A stretch of DNA of 35,671 nucleotides, from contig DQVH01000010.1 in the NCBI GenBank assembly GCA_015661855.1, positions 1-35,671 on the forward strand, given 5' to 3'. Shown piece after piece: positions 1 to 9,517 of this stretch. Numbering within the stretch: position 1 is the first letter of the stretch; each line of letters starts with the position of its first letter. The DNA is from Desulfurococcales archaeon (GTDB taxonomy: Archaea > Thermoproteota > Thermoprotei_A > CAZTBM01 > SZUA-1508). The notes under the pieces were generated by a model. It saw only the letters and a program-made list of their open reading frames with translations, did no database searches and was not told the DNA's origin. Made by a program: the position numbers and the translations under genes.

Positions 1-576
1 AAGCCTGGGACACCGCCAGAAAAACTCGTTGGCGGAGTTATAGGGGGTAGTATTGTACAGGGTGTCATAAGGGTTGGTGATGAAATAGAAATAAAACCTG
101 GAATAAGAATAGAGAAACCCGACGGTACAGTAGAGTATGAACCACTATATACGAGAGTTGTTAGTTTAAGATTTTCAGATCTCGAAGTTAAAGAGGCCAA
201 ACCTGGAGGACTAGTAGCAATAGGGACAACACTTGATCCATCATTAACTAAAGCCGATAGACTAGTAGGAAATGTTGTAGGTAAACCTGGACAGCTACCA
301 CCACTAGTAAACGAGTTAAGACTTGAATACAAGCTTATGGAGAGAGTAGTTGGTACAAGAGAACTCATTAAAGCAACACCTATAAGGAAAGGTGAAGCAT
401 TAATGCTAACCATAGGGACAACTATAAGCTTAGGTATAGTAACACATGTTACAAAGGATGAAGTTGAAATAAAACTAAGAAGACCAGTTGTCCTACTACC
501 TAAAGCAAGAGTAGCCATAAGTAGACAAGTACGTGGAAGATGGAGACTCGTAGGCTGGGGTACATTTAAAGGTTGA
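1..576 (+). CDS. eif2g: Translation initiation factor aIF-2 gamma subunit, C-terminal part (5' end lies outside the window)
   Basis: Frame 1 is open from base 1 (KPGTPPEKLVGGVIGGSIVQGVIRVGDEIEIKPG...RWRLVGWGTFKG) and ends at TGA 574-576. The sequence is beta-barrel domain II/III of the EF-Tu/aIF2-gamma type. The PIN-Rpo7-Spt4 genes that usually follow it in archaea come next. Confidence 0.85.
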   Translation, partial: KPGTPPEKLVGGVIGGSIVQGVIRVGDEIEIKPGIRIEKPDGTVEYEPLYTRVVSLRFSDLEVKEAKPGGLVAIGTTLDPSLTKADRLVGNVVGKPGQLPPLVNELRLEYKLMERVVGTRELIKATPIRKGEALMLTIGTTISLGIVTHVTKDEVEIKLRRPVVLLPKARVAISRQVRGRWRLVGWGTFKG

Positions 577-986
577 ATAAGAAAGTAAAAATACTACTAG
601 ACACAAATACACTAATTCTATCAGTAAAATACGGATTAGACATATTCACACATATTGAAGAAACACTATTAAGGAAATGTAGCTTTTACGTATTAAACAA
701 AACACTAGTGGAGCTAGAAAACCTTAAGAAAAAGGGAAGACCATTAGAGAAGAAAATAGCAACGATAGCTCTCAAACTAGTAAAAGACAAATGCAACATT
801 ATAAATGTACAGCCACTACCAGGAGAAACAGTAGACGATATCATAGTCAGAGTAGTGTATGAAAACAAAATGATATTAATAACTAACGATAGAGAATTAA
901 GATCACGAATTAGTGCTTTAGGATTACCAGTAGGATGGATTAATCCTGAAGAGAAAAGAGTTAAAATAAAGGGATACTATGACTAA
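573..986 (+). CDS. PIN-domain protein (Fcf1/Utp24-like predicted ribonuclease)
   Basis: 137-aa ORF with a TTG start overlapping the upstream stop. It has an N-terminal 'ILLDTNTLI' and a C-terminal 'LITNDRELR', matching acidic PIN motifs. It sits in the conserved position between aIF2-gamma and Rpo7. Confidence 0.7.
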   Translation: MNKKVKILLDTNTLILSVKYGLDIFTHIEETLLRKCSFYVLNKTLVELENLKKKGRPLEKKIATIALKLVKDKCNIINVQPLPGETVDDIIVRVVYENKMILITNDRELRSRISALGLPVGWINPEEKRVKIKGYYD

Positions 987-1089
987 GGCCTACATAAACG
1001 TAAAATGGTAGATAGAGATATTAGTTAGAGTTGATTACGCTACTTACACAGAACAGTATACTAGTAAATATTGAGAGGTAGCCTCAATA

Positions 1090-1659
1090 ATGTATAGAGT
1101 GTATCATGTAGTAGATATAGTTAGGATACCGCCAGAGTACTTTGAATTACCCATTAAGGAGGCTGCAGAAAAAGTACTAAGACGTAAATATGAAGGTGTT
1201 GTTGATAAAGAGTTAGGCTTCATATTAGCAGTATATAATGTTGAGGTAGAGGAGGAGGGAAAAATAATTCCAGGTGATGGAGCAACATACCATGTAGCAA
1301 AATTTGATGTACTAGCCTTCACACCAGTATTAAAAGAAGTTGTAGAAGGTGAAGTTGTAGAGGTAACAGATTTCGGAATATTCATAAACTTAGGGCCATT
1401 TGACGGACTAATCCATAGATCACAAATACTCGATGATAGAATGCTCTATGACTCAAGGAGAGGAGCGTATATGGGCCAGGAAACAAAGAGAGTAATTGAG
1501 AAAGGCGATATAGTTAGAGCAAGAATAGTAACTATAAGTACATCATCATCAAATAGGATAATCAGAATAGCATTAACAATGAGACAGCCATTCCTAGGAA
1601 AACTAGAGTGGATAAAGGAGGATCTAGAGAGAATATACGGTAAAAAGAAGAAGAAATGA
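1090..1659 (+). CDS. rpo7: DNA-directed RNA polymerase subunit Rpo7 (E')
   Basis: 189 aa. The N-terminal Rpb7-like fold is followed by an S1 domain (EGEVVEVTDFGIFINLGPFDGLIHRSQI). It lies upstream of Spt4. Confidence 0.9.
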   Translation: MYRVYHVVDIVRIPPEYFELPIKEAAEKVLRRKYEGVVDKELGFILAVYNVEVEEEGKIIPGDGATYHVAKFDVLAFTPVLKEVVEGEVVEVTDFGIFINLGPFDGLIHRSQILDDRMLYDSRRGAYMGQETKRVIEKGDIVRARIVTISTSSSNRIIRIALTMRQPFLGKLEWIKEDLERIYGKKKKK

Positions 1660-1696
1660 AGTATAGTAGGTGGTTAAAGTGGCTAGGAGAAGGAGA

Positions 1697-1885
1697 ATGC
1701 CATTTAAGGCTTGTAAAAAGTGTAAAGCCTTAGTAGAACATGAAGTAGAAAAATGTCCACTCTGCTCATCAACACTATTCTCTGATGACTGGGAAGGTAT
1801 GGTTATAATATTAACTGTAAATTCACAATCAGCAAGTGTACTAAAAGCTGTTAAACCATGGAGGTATGCGATTAAGGTGAGATAG
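1697..1885 (+). CDS. spt4: Transcription elongation factor Spt4 (RpoE'')
   Basis: Zinc ribbon CKKC...CPLC followed by DWEGMVII. The ATG at 1697 is preceded by aggagaaggaga. The ORF track extends to a GTG at 1670. Confidence 0.8.
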   Translation: MPFKACKKCKALVEHEVEKCPLCSSTLFSDDWEGMVIILTVNSQSASVLKAVKPWRYAIKVR

Positions 1886-1890
1886 ATAGC

Positions 1891-2427
1891 TTGAAATACT
1901 ACTTAATGCCAGAAAAGCTAAGACCAATTCTATCACAACACTTCATTGGAACATTACTAACAGGTACACCCAAAGACAATTTAGCCTTCATTAAATCAAA
2001 CATAGAAAAATATAAATATATAGTTACAGTAGGTGATGTTGTTACTTTAACTTTAACAATAGGTGGTATTAATCCTAAACTATCAATAATAGACTGTAAA
2101 TGTTTAAGAAGGAAATGTCTAACACTAAACGTTTTAAGGGGTAAATTCAGGAATATTATTAAAGTGTACAATCCCCCAGGAAGAATTACTATAGAGGCGT
2201 GGAATAGTATTAAAAGAGCATTAAAAGAACAAGATAACACTCTAATAGAGGTACAAGGTGAAGAAGATCTACTAGCTATACCAGCAATACTAGAAGCAGA
2301 CCTTGGCTCGATAGTAGTATATGGTTTACCATTGAAAGGTATGGTCATAGTTAGAGTTGATAATAGTGTAAAGGAGCTATTAAGAAGAATATTAGACGAA
2401 TTCATACTAGTTAAAGATGAGAGGTAG
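1891..2427 (+). CDS. DUF359 protein (GTP-dependent dephospho-CoA kinase family)
   Basis: 178 aa with a TTG start. Motifs VTVGDVVT and EGEEDLLAIPAIL are typical of DUF359. It sits in the conserved position after spt4. Confidence 0.65.
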   Translation: MKYYLMPEKLRPILSQHFIGTLLTGTPKDNLAFIKSNIEKYKYIVTVGDVVTLTLTIGGINPKLSIIDCKCLRRKCLTLNVLRGKFRNIIKVYNPPGRITIEAWNSIKRALKEQDNTLIEVQGEEDLLAIPAILEADLGSIVVYGLPLKGMVIVRVDNSVKELLRRILDEFILVKDER

Positions 2428-2509
2428 CAGGTGATAATAAAAAGTATAATTTATAAGCCCCTTTGTACTCACTAAACACTGCTAAACGTGCTGAAGTGAG
2501 GATTTGAGT

Positions 2510-2878
2510 ATGGCCGAAGAACTAATAGCAACAAAACCTCCAGCTAAGTACGTTAGGAAAATACGTATAGATGAAGGAGTGGAAATGTACGTTCTAGAGG
2601 AAAAGTACAATCCACTAATTAAACGCCTTGAAATAACAGGTTTAATATATCATATAGGGAAGGGAACTCCAGCAAGAAAAACTGTACGTGAAATCATAGC
2701 TAAAACATATAATAAGCTTATCGATACAGTTTATATACGGAAACTCGAATCTGAATTCGGTATTGGTAGAACAAGAGCACTAATCCATATATATGATAGT
2801 GTAGAGAGAGCGTTAGCGTTTGAACCTAAACATATAATTCAAAGAGATAAAGGTGTAAAGAAGGAGAAGGAGGGTTGA
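2510..2878 (+). CDS. rps24e: 30S ribosomal protein S24e
   Basis: Contains [36 protein letters not shown]. The ATG at 2510 follows gtgagg; an alternative TTG lies at 2504. Confidence 0.9.
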   Translation: MAEELIATKPPAKYVRKIRIDEGVEMYVLEEKYNPLIKRLEITGLIYHIGKGTPARKTVREIIAKTYNKLIDTVYIRKLESEFGIGRTRALIHIYDSVERALAFEPKHIIQRDKGVKKEKEG

Positions 2879-2885
2879 AAAGATA

Positions 2886-3074
2886 ATGGCTCACGTACAT
2901 AAATTGTATGAGTACGATTATGAAAAGGGTACTATTAGATTAAAAAATAAGAAGTGTCCTCGCTGTGGTAGTATAATGGCACACCATTTAAAACCTGTTG
3001 AAAGATGGCATTGTGGTAAGTGTAGTTATACAGAATTTGTAAGACCTAGAAAACCTACCAGAAAGGGAAGATAA
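2886..3074 (+). CDS. rps27ae: 30S ribosomal protein S27ae
   Basis: 62 aa with zinc ribbon CPRC...CGKC. It lies immediately after S24e, as in most archaea. Confidence 0.9.
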   Translation: MAHVHKLYEYDYEKGTIRLKNKKCPRCGSIMAHHLKPVERWHCGKCSYTEFVRPRKPTRKGR

Positions 3075-3154
3075 AAGTAGTAACATAGTCTTATATGTTC
3101 CCCTAACCAATCATAGCCTAGGAGAGTAGACTACACACTTAAAGGCTACTAGTC

Positions 3155-4165
3155 ATGTCCAGTAATATAATAGTTTTAGGAATTGAATCAACAGCTCACA
3201 CATTCGGTTGTGGTATAGTTGATGAAAAAGGTAATATACTAGCAGATGTTAGAGGTGAATATACTCCAGTAAAGGGGGGTATACATCCTAGAGAGGCTTC
3301 ACAATACTTTACATCAATAGCCCATACAATTATAAGAAAAGCTCTATCAGAAGCTAAGGTAACAATGAAAAATATAGATGCTATCGCTGTAGCTTTAGGT
3401 CCAGGTCTAGGCCCATGTCTTAGAACGGGAGCTACTATTGCTAGAGCTTTAGCTTCATATTTTAATAAACCCTTAATTCCGGTAAATCATGCTGTAGCCC
3501 ATATAGAGATAGGTAAACTACTTACAGGAGCTAAAGACCCCCTAGTAATATATGTATCTGGAGGTAACACTCTCATAACAGCATATGCTAAAGGACGCTA
3601 TAGAATTTTCGGTGAAACTCTAGATCTAGCCTTAGGTAATACTTTAGATGTATTTGCACGTGAAGCAGGAATAGCACCACCATACATAATTGAAGGATAC
3701 CATGTAGTAGACTACTATGCAAATAAGGGTAAAAACATACTAGATCTACCATATATTGTTAAAGGGCAGGATGTTTCATTTTCAGGACTACTAACTGCAG
3801 CTCTAAGACTACTAAGAGAGGGATACCCATTAGAAGATGTTTGTTTAAGTTTTAGAGAGAACGCATACAACATGGTTGTTGAAGTAGCGGAGAGAGGTTT
3901 AGCACATACAGGTAAAAAGGAAATACTCCTTGTTGGAGGTGTAGCAGCAAGCCCAATATTGAGAAGTAAAGTTGAAACAATGGCAAAATACTACAACGTT
4001 AAAGTATACTTAACACCACCAAAATACTCACTAGATAACGGAGTAATGATAGCCTGGACAGGTCTTCTAGCATACAAACATGGAGTTACAATACCTATAG
4101 ACGAATCCTACGTGAAACAGCGGTGGAGAATAGATGAGGTAGATATACCATGGATGGAGGAGTGA
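3155..4165 (+). CDS. kae1: tRNA N6-adenosine threonylcarbamoyltransferase Kae1 (KEOPS catalytic subunit)
   Basis: 336 aa with an ASKHA fold. Motifs include [33 protein letters not shown] and LVGGVAAS. Confidence 0.92.
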   Translation: MSSNIIVLGIESTAHTFGCGIVDEKGNILADVRGEYTPVKGGIHPREASQYFTSIAHTIIRKALSEAKVTMKNIDAIAVALGPGLGPCLRTGATIARALASYFNKPLIPVNHAVAHIEIGKLLTGAKDPLVIYVSGGNTLITAYAKGRYRIFGETLDLALGNTLDVFAREAGIAPPYIIEGYHVVDYYANKGKNILDLPYIVKGQDVSFSGLLTAALRLLREGYPLEDVCLSFRENAYNMVVEVAERGLAHTGKKEILLVGGVAASPILRSKVETMAKYYNVKVYLTPPKYSLDNGVMIAWTGLLAYKHGVTIPIDESYVKQRWRIDEVDIPWMEE

Positions 4166-4812
4166 AACTAATAAGGATAGGAGCAGAAGCATACTTATAC
4201 CTAATAGACTTCTTCGGAATCAAGGCTATACTTAAAAAGAGAATACCTAAAGATTACAGACATCCAGAATTCGATATTAAATTGAGGAGGAGAAGAACAA
4301 TAAATGAAGCAAGAATGCTATACTACAGTAGAAAGGCTGGTGTACCTACACCTCTAGTCTTAGATGTAGATGTTGATGAAACATACTTGATAATAGAATA
4401 CATCGACGGTATTGTTTTAAGAGACCTAATAAACCAAGGAGTTAATAGTAAACTCCTTGAAAATATATTTGTACATGTAGGGGAACTTATAGGTAGACTT
4501 CATAGTAGTGGAATAGTCCATGGCGATCTAACTACATCAAATATGATACTCCAAAACAATAATACCCTATACTTCATAGACTTCGGCTTAGCCGAGAAAA
4601 GTAGTGAACTTGAAGATCAAGGTGTAGATCTACACTTAATGCTACGTAGTCTCGAAAGTACACATCCTGAAATAGCATATAAAGCATTCAATTGTGTTCT
4701 AAAGGGGTATGCTAAGGTAATGGGTAAAGAGCATACATTAAAGGTTAAGAATAAGGTTAAAGAGATAAGGATGAGAGGTAGATATGTTGAAGAGAGAAGA
4801 AAAAGAACATAA
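4150..4812 (+). CDS. bud32: KEOPS subunit Bud32 (small atypical Ser/Thr kinase/ATPase)
   Basis: 220 aa, overlapping the kae1 stop by 16 nt. It has RIO-like kinase motifs ([41 protein letters not shown]). Confidence 0.85.
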   Translation: MDGGVKLIRIGAEAYLYLIDFFGIKAILKKRIPKDYRHPEFDIKLRRRRTINEARMLYYSRKAGVPTPLVLDVDVDETYLIIEYIDGIVLRDLINQGVNSKLLENIFVHVGELIGRLHSSGIVHGDLTTSNMILQNNNTLYFIDFGLAEKSSELEDQGVDLHLMLRSLESTHPEIAYKAFNCVLKGYAKVMGKEHTLKVKNKVKEIRMRGRYVEERRKRT

Positions 4813-5383
4813 AATAACAATACTCCTTATATCAACAAATAAACATAAGGTAGAGGAAATAAATAATATAACTGCTAGGTATGGAGTTATAGTTGTCCCA
4901 GCTAATATAAGAAAGATGGAAATACAATCTGACAACTTAGTTGAAATAGCTTTAATGGCAGCTAGAAGCGCTTATAGTAGTCTACGTAAACCATTAATAG
5001 TTGAAGATGCAGGACTATTCATTAAGGAATTGAATGGATTTCCAGGCCCATACTCAAGCTACGTATATAGAACTATCGGCTGTAAAGGAATACTAAAATT
5101 ACTTGAGGGTATTAAGAGAAGAGATGCATACTTTAAATCAGTTATAGTGTACAAAGATGAATCATATGAAATGGTATTTGAAGGTTTAACTGAAGGAGAA
5201 ATAGCATACGATATAAGAGGGAGTGGTGGTTTCGGTTTCGACCCTATATTTATACCCAAAGGCTATAATAAAACATTTGCTGAAATGTCATTAGAGGAGA
5301 AAAACAGACTATCACATAGAGGTAAAGCTGTTAAGAAATTTATAGAATGGTTTATTGAGAACAGAAAACATGCATTCAAATAA
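4784..5383 (+). CDS. Non-canonical purine NTP pyrophosphatase (Ham1/RdgB, XTP/dITP diphosphatase)
   Basis: 199 aa with STNKHKVEE, VEDAGLFI..LNGFPGPYSS, GFGFDPIF and SHRGKA motifs. Confidence 0.85.
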   Translation: MLKREEKEHKITILLISTNKHKVEEINNITARYGVIVVPANIRKMEIQSDNLVEIALMAARSAYSSLRKPLIVEDAGLFIKELNGFPGPYSSYVYRTIGCKGILKLLEGIKRRDAYFKSVIVYKDESYEMVFEGLTEGEIAYDIRGSGGFGFDPIFIPKGYNKTFAEMSLEEKNRLSHRGKAVKKFIEWFIENRKHAFK

Positions 5384-5472
5384 ACTCAATTACATCACGA
5401 GTAACACTTATAAAATCTCCAACTTATAGACGTTAAATAGCACATAGAGTAAGAAGGAGGGTACTCCAAAGT

Positions 5473-5934
5473 ATGAATAAAAAGAGGGATAAGGGTAAAT
5501 CACATTCAACAAGACCTCCACGAACAGGTCCACCAAGATGGCTTAAATGGTCACCTGAAGAAGTTGAAGCTCTAATTGTAGAATTAGCTAAAAAAGGCTA
5601 TGGCCCGTCAATGATAGGTATAATACTAAGAGACCAGTATGGTATCCCCCTAGTAAAACCTATCCTCGGTAAAAAGATTACACAGGTACTAGAGGAGCAT
5701 GGACTACTACCACCAATACCTGAAGACCTATTCAACTTAATGAAGAGAGCAGTAAACCTAATGAGACATCTAGAAGAACACCCTAAAGACTACCATTCTA
5801 AAAGAGGTCTTATGGAGATAGAGTCGAAAATAAGGCGACTAGTAAAATACTATAAGAGAGTAGGTAAGCTACCACCAGATTGGGAGTATGATCCAGAGAG
5901 AGCAAAACTACTCGTATCAAGTGCACTACAATAG
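5473..5934 (+). CDS. rps15: 30S ribosomal protein S15 (uS15/S13e type)
   Basis: 153 aa. [40 protein letters not shown] ... [12 protein letters not shown] ggaggg Shine-Dalgarno sequence lies about 12 nt upstream. Confidence 0.92.
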   Translation: MNKKRDKGKSHSTRPPRTGPPRWLKWSPEEVEALIVELAKKGYGPSMIGIILRDQYGIPLVKPILGKKITQVLEEHGLLPPIPEDLFNLMKRAVNLMRHLEEHPKDYHSKRGLMEIESKIRRLVKYYKRVGKLPPDWEYDPERAKLLVSSALQ

Positions 5935-5999
5935 TGTAGAGATGAAACCTCATAATCTCAAGTAACATTTAAGTTTAAAGGAACACACATTAGTATACG

Positions 6000-7301
6000 G
6001 TGAATATGCAAATATCAAGTGAGACCAGTGGGGACAAAAATAGTATAATAGATAAGATTAGAGAAGAAAAACACTTATACATAATCTCATTCCCCTCATT
6101 TAATGAGTTATTATCATCAGCTATACTATTCTATAACCTTAACCTACACGGTTTTGACGTTAGAATTAATATAACACCATGTATAAGTGAAGATAAACTC
6201 TTGGAGATAGACTCTCCAATAATGCTTATAGGTTTTACACGTAGAACACTAGAGAAAGCTAAGAAAATTAATAGAAATACTTTCCTACTTGAAAATATGG
6301 AGTATTCTGGAAGAGATGTTAAACAGAAAATTCAAGAATACTATAGTAACTTAAGTTTAAAAACTAAAAACTACGCTACAATAGCACTTAAACTTCTAGA
6401 GAAAATCATAGGTGTAGACAATATTGATAGTAAATCGTATATTACGTTTCTTGAATCATTAGCTTTCTCGGAGCCTACAAGCTACGAGAGAGAAATAATA
6501 AAGAATATAGAGAGGAAGGGTATTATTGAAATAAAAATGAGTGTAAAACTATTCGGCTTCGAATATAAACCATTATACCAGGCACTACATGATACAGTAA
6601 AGCCATTCATACCTGAACTAACAGGTGACATAAATAATTGCATAAGCTTTATAAAGAGCATAGGTATAAGCAATGTTAACATTAAGTCAACACAAATATC
6701 AGAAGACACTCTAACAAATCTAGTAAAAACACTATTTACTAGGTTGAGAAGGAGTAGTAGGAGAGTACGTAAACCAAATGAAATACTCGGAGAAGTATAC
6801 TACCTAACAAACACTAAAGTTTTAGCCGATATAAAGGAGAGAACAGCTATACTTACATACATATTAGACTCTAAAGGGCCAGAATACGTAGCACTACACT
6901 GCACTAGTAACTATTACTTAAATCTCATGGTTGAAGTATACAATAAAATACCACAAATACTAGCTAAAGTGTATAAGAATATCACTGAAGTAGAATATTC
7001 TGGCTTTAAAATAGTATACGCTCACACATTGAAAGAAAGGATACCATTAAAACTACTCTATGAAGCTTTACTAGATTTAGGCATTATAAGTAAGGGTAAA
7101 GCTATAATACTTGAGAAAAGTAATGAGCTATATAGGATTCCACACTATATATTAAGAGATGTTATAGTGGATTATGAAGAATTCTTAACCCAAAGTAAAA
7201 TAATAAAAGACATAGTATACGATATCGATAACTACTCAGTAAGTATTATAGGTGATAGTAACCTTACAAAACTAATTAAAACCATTAAATCTATGAAGTG
7301 A
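6000..7301 (+). CDS. RecJ/DHH-fold-like protein with degenerate catalytic motifs (candidate archaeal Cdc45/RecJdbh homologue)
   Basis: 433 aa, with an ATG at 6006 as alternative start. The N-terminal pattern HLYIISFPSFNELLSSAILFYNLNLHGFDV mimics DHH motif I (h-H-x-D-x-D-G-x-x-S-x-A), but the acidic and His residues are replaced. There is no DHH or GGGH motif. From memory, RecJ/GAN/Cdc45-like genes commonly sit next to rps15 in archaea. Confidence 0.45.
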   Translation: MNMQISSETSGDKNSIIDKIREEKHLYIISFPSFNELLSSAILFYNLNLHGFDVRINITPCISEDKLLEIDSPIMLIGFTRRTLEKAKKINRNTFLLENMEYSGRDVKQKIQEYYSNLSLKTKNYATIALKLLEKIIGVDNIDSKSYITFLESLAFSEPTSYEREIIKNIERKGIIEIKMSVKLFGFEYKPLYQALHDTVKPFIPELTGDINNCISFIKSIGISNVNIKSTQISEDTLTNLVKTLFTRLRRSSRRVRKPNEILGEVYYLTNTKVLADIKERTAILTYILDSKGPEYVALHCTSNYYLNLMVEVYNKIPQILAKVYKNITEVEYSGFKIVYAHTLKERIPLKLLYEALLDLGIISKGKAIILEKSNELYRIPHYILRDVIVDYEEFLTQSKIIKDIVYDIDNYSVSIIGDSNLTKLIKTIKSMK

Positions 7302-7307
7302 AAAACC

Positions 7308-7574
7308 ATGATTAAAGCGGTAATCCAATATACACTAGACAATATAAAACTACTAAATACACTTAACAAAGCATTAAAACCAGATAACGAAAAAACACCA
7401 CCATACATGAGTATCAATAGTAAAGTACACGATAATATGTTAAGTATAAGCATAATTATTGAGGGTTATGAGGAAAAGATAGGAACACTACTAAACACTC
7501 TAGATGAAATATTGGCATTAATGAAAAGTATTGAAAAATCTATATCAGAAGTTATGCGTGAAAAATATATTTAG
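7308..7574 (+). CDS. Pcc1-like small protein (second KEOPS Pcc1 paralogue, 'Pcc2'-type candidate)
   Basis: 88 aa. Its strand-strand-strand-helix pattern can be aligned by eye with the canonical Pcc1 at 22877-23137 (AVIQYTLDNIKLLNTLNKALKPD..LSISIIIEG..IGTLLNTLDEILALMKSIE versus VSIELEFTDKKIANTVYNAILPE..ISLNISATTISSLRAAVNSYLRWIYSIS). Confidence 0.5.
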   Translation: MIKAVIQYTLDNIKLLNTLNKALKPDNEKTPPYMSINSKVHDNMLSISIIIEGYEEKIGTLLNTLDEILALMKSIEKSISEVMREKYI

Positions 7575-7622
7575 GCTAGTATATCCTACTATGCCAGAGC
7601 GGGAAACAAAGAGGATAGTAGT

Positions 7623-8303
7623 ATGTCGAGTAAAGCAAGAGTTAAAGATAAATGGAGATTAAAGGAATGGTACACTATAGTAGCTCCACCAGTATTTGGA
7701 GAAGCAGTACTAGGTACTACACCTTCAGATGATCCACTAAAACTAATAGGTAGAGTTATTGAGACAACACTATACGATCTTACAGGAGACTTTACACTAC
7801 TCCATGTAAGATTATACTTCCAAATAATAAAGGTTGTAGGGAAAAAGTGTATAACGAGATTTAAAGGACATGAATTAGCAAGAGACTACGTTAAAAGCCT
7901 TATTCGAAGAAGGAGTAGTAAGGTACAGGGTATATTTGATGTTAAAACAAAGGATGGATATGAGTTAAGGATAACAGCTATGGCTTTAACATCATATAGA
8001 GCAAAGACTTCACAGAAAAAGGCAATAAGGAAGATAATGCAGAACATTATAACCAAGAGGGCATCAGAGATGACATTAGATGAACTAATACAGGCAATGG
8101 TGTTTGGTAAATTATCAACAGAAATATTTAATGAAGCGAAAAAGATCTACCCATTAAGAAAAGTTGAAATAGCAAAATCAAAATTACTAAAAATACCTAC
8201 ACCTGAAGGACCTAAACCTGCTGTTGTAATATCACCACTAATGCTAAAGGGTAAAGAGGCAGAAGCTTTAAAGAAGCAGGTTATTGTTGAATCAGAAACG
8301 TAA
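7623..8303 (+). CDS. rps3ae: 30S ribosomal protein S3Ae (eS1)
   Basis: 226 aa. N-terminus KDKWRLKEWYTIVAPPVFGE..., then LIGRVIETTLYDLTGDF. Confidence 0.92.
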   Translation: MSSKARVKDKWRLKEWYTIVAPPVFGEAVLGTTPSDDPLKLIGRVIETTLYDLTGDFTLLHVRLYFQIIKVVGKKCITRFKGHELARDYVKSLIRRRSSKVQGIFDVKTKDGYELRITAMALTSYRAKTSQKKAIRKIMQNIITKRASEMTLDELIQAMVFGKLSTEIFNEAKKIYPLRKVEIAKSKLLKIPTPEGPKPAVVISPLMLKGKEAEALKKQVIVESET

Positions 8304-8445
8304 AAACAAGAGTTGAAAAGGTAATAATTTAACCAAACCAGACCATAATTATGTAAGAGTAGTAAATATCTCATAATCTTTACTCTAATCAAAGTGAATT
8401 ATATTGTAGTAGTAGTCCCAGTTAACACTAATATGGGGGCTCCTT

Positions 8446-9516
8446 TTGCCACATCAATACTGTAATATAGATATTGTTATAAAGACTGTAAAGGGATTTG
8501 AGAATACTGTAGCATCCTACATTAATGAGATAGATGAGAATGTTATAGTTGAACCTAAACCTAAAGGGTTTTTAGGGATAGTTCTAGTTAGAAACTGTAA
8601 AGATAAGTATGGTTTAGCTGAAAAAATAAAATCACAGATAATGGAGGCAGAAAAGGTATTAGTAGCTGAAGCATGTGTTAAAGCGGACCCTAAAGTAATA
8701 GCTGAAAAAGCAGCTCAAATAGCTAAAGAGAAAATATCACCAAATGAAACATTTGCTGTAAGAACTGTCAGGAGGGGTTCACATAACTATACAAGTGTTG
8801 ATGTTAACGTAATAGTTGGTGACTACGTAAGGAAAGCTACAAATGCGCTAGTAGATCTTACACATCCAGATAAAATTGTTGCAGTAGAGATATTCCAAGA
8901 TGAAGCAACTATATCAGTATACCCTGGAACTGAAGAATATAAGAAAATGAAACCTGGGAAAAAACCAGTACTAGACATCCTAGGTAAAATGAGTATTATA
9001 CAAATGCCATACCTAGGGCCACTTGATGCAACAAGAACTATGGGTGTTAGGATAGGGAGGGAAATTCAAACATTTGAGGTTAAAGAGTTAGTGATATCAC
9101 CTATAGGGCTAGTTGATGCATATCAACTCAAAGTATTCCTGGATGGAGTCTTTGAGGGTATAGAGTCAAGATATAAAATCCAGGTTAAAAGTTATGGTAG
9201 AAAAACAAGAAAAGTACCAGTATTTGTTCAAGACCTATATCAGCTTGTAAGGAGTAGATTTAATGAACCAATAATAGTATTTGAGCCTGAAGGAGATTAT
9301 ATAGTCAGTAAGGGAAGCGAACTTAAAAGTATATTCTTTGATAGAAAGGTTAAACGTGTAAACATGCTCATAGGGTCTAGAGAGGGTATACCATCAGGTA
9401 TATACAGGTTTGCAGATTTAGTGCTCGACATATGTCCTGGAGTAACTATATCTACAGATTATGCAGCCGCATCAGCAATAATGGCTGTACTTACAGTTTT
9501 AGGAGGAGGAGTATAA
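8446..9516 (+). CDS. THUMP-domain protein fused to a SPOUT-class (SpoU/TrmH-like knotted) methyltransferase domain; predicted RNA methyltransferase
   Basis: 356 aa with a TTG start. The central part is THUMP-like (FAVRTVRRGSHNYTSVDVNVIVGDYV...IVAVEIFQDEATISVY). The C-terminal motif (MLIGSREGIPSGIYRFADLVLDICPGVTISTDYAAASAIMAVL) matches the SPOUT cofactor-binding knot. Confidence 0.65.
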   Translation: MPHQYCNIDIVIKTVKGFENTVASYINEIDENVIVEPKPKGFLGIVLVRNCKDKYGLAEKIKSQIMEAEKVLVAEACVKADPKVIAEKAAQIAKEKISPNETFAVRTVRRGSHNYTSVDVNVIVGDYVRKATNALVDLTHPDKIVAVEIFQDEATISVYPGTEEYKKMKPGKKPVLDILGKMSIIQMPYLGPLDATRTMGVRIGREIQTFEVKELVISPIGLVDAYQLKVFLDGVFEGIESRYKIQVKSYGRKTRKVPVFVQDLYQLVRSRFNEPIIVFEPEGDYIVSKGSELKSIFFDRKVKRVNMLIGSREGIPSGIYRFADLVLDICPGVTISTDYAAASAIMAVLTVLGGGV

Positions 9517-9517
9517 A

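Noticed and set aside
3114-3148. A 6-bp inverted repeat (tagcct...aggcta) in the kae1 leader, and a 7-bp one (ctactat...atagtag) at about 7591-7620 in the rps3ae leader.
   Set aside because: The stems are short and expected by chance in AT-rich spacers. There is no supporting conservation information.
4150-4165. The Kae1/Bud32 overlap as a programmed frameshift or a disrupted fusion gene.
   Set aside because: Bud32 has its own ATG in a different frame and both proteins are full length. Separate overlapping kae1 and bud32 genes are the normal crenarchaeal arrangement; fusions occur in some euryarchaea.
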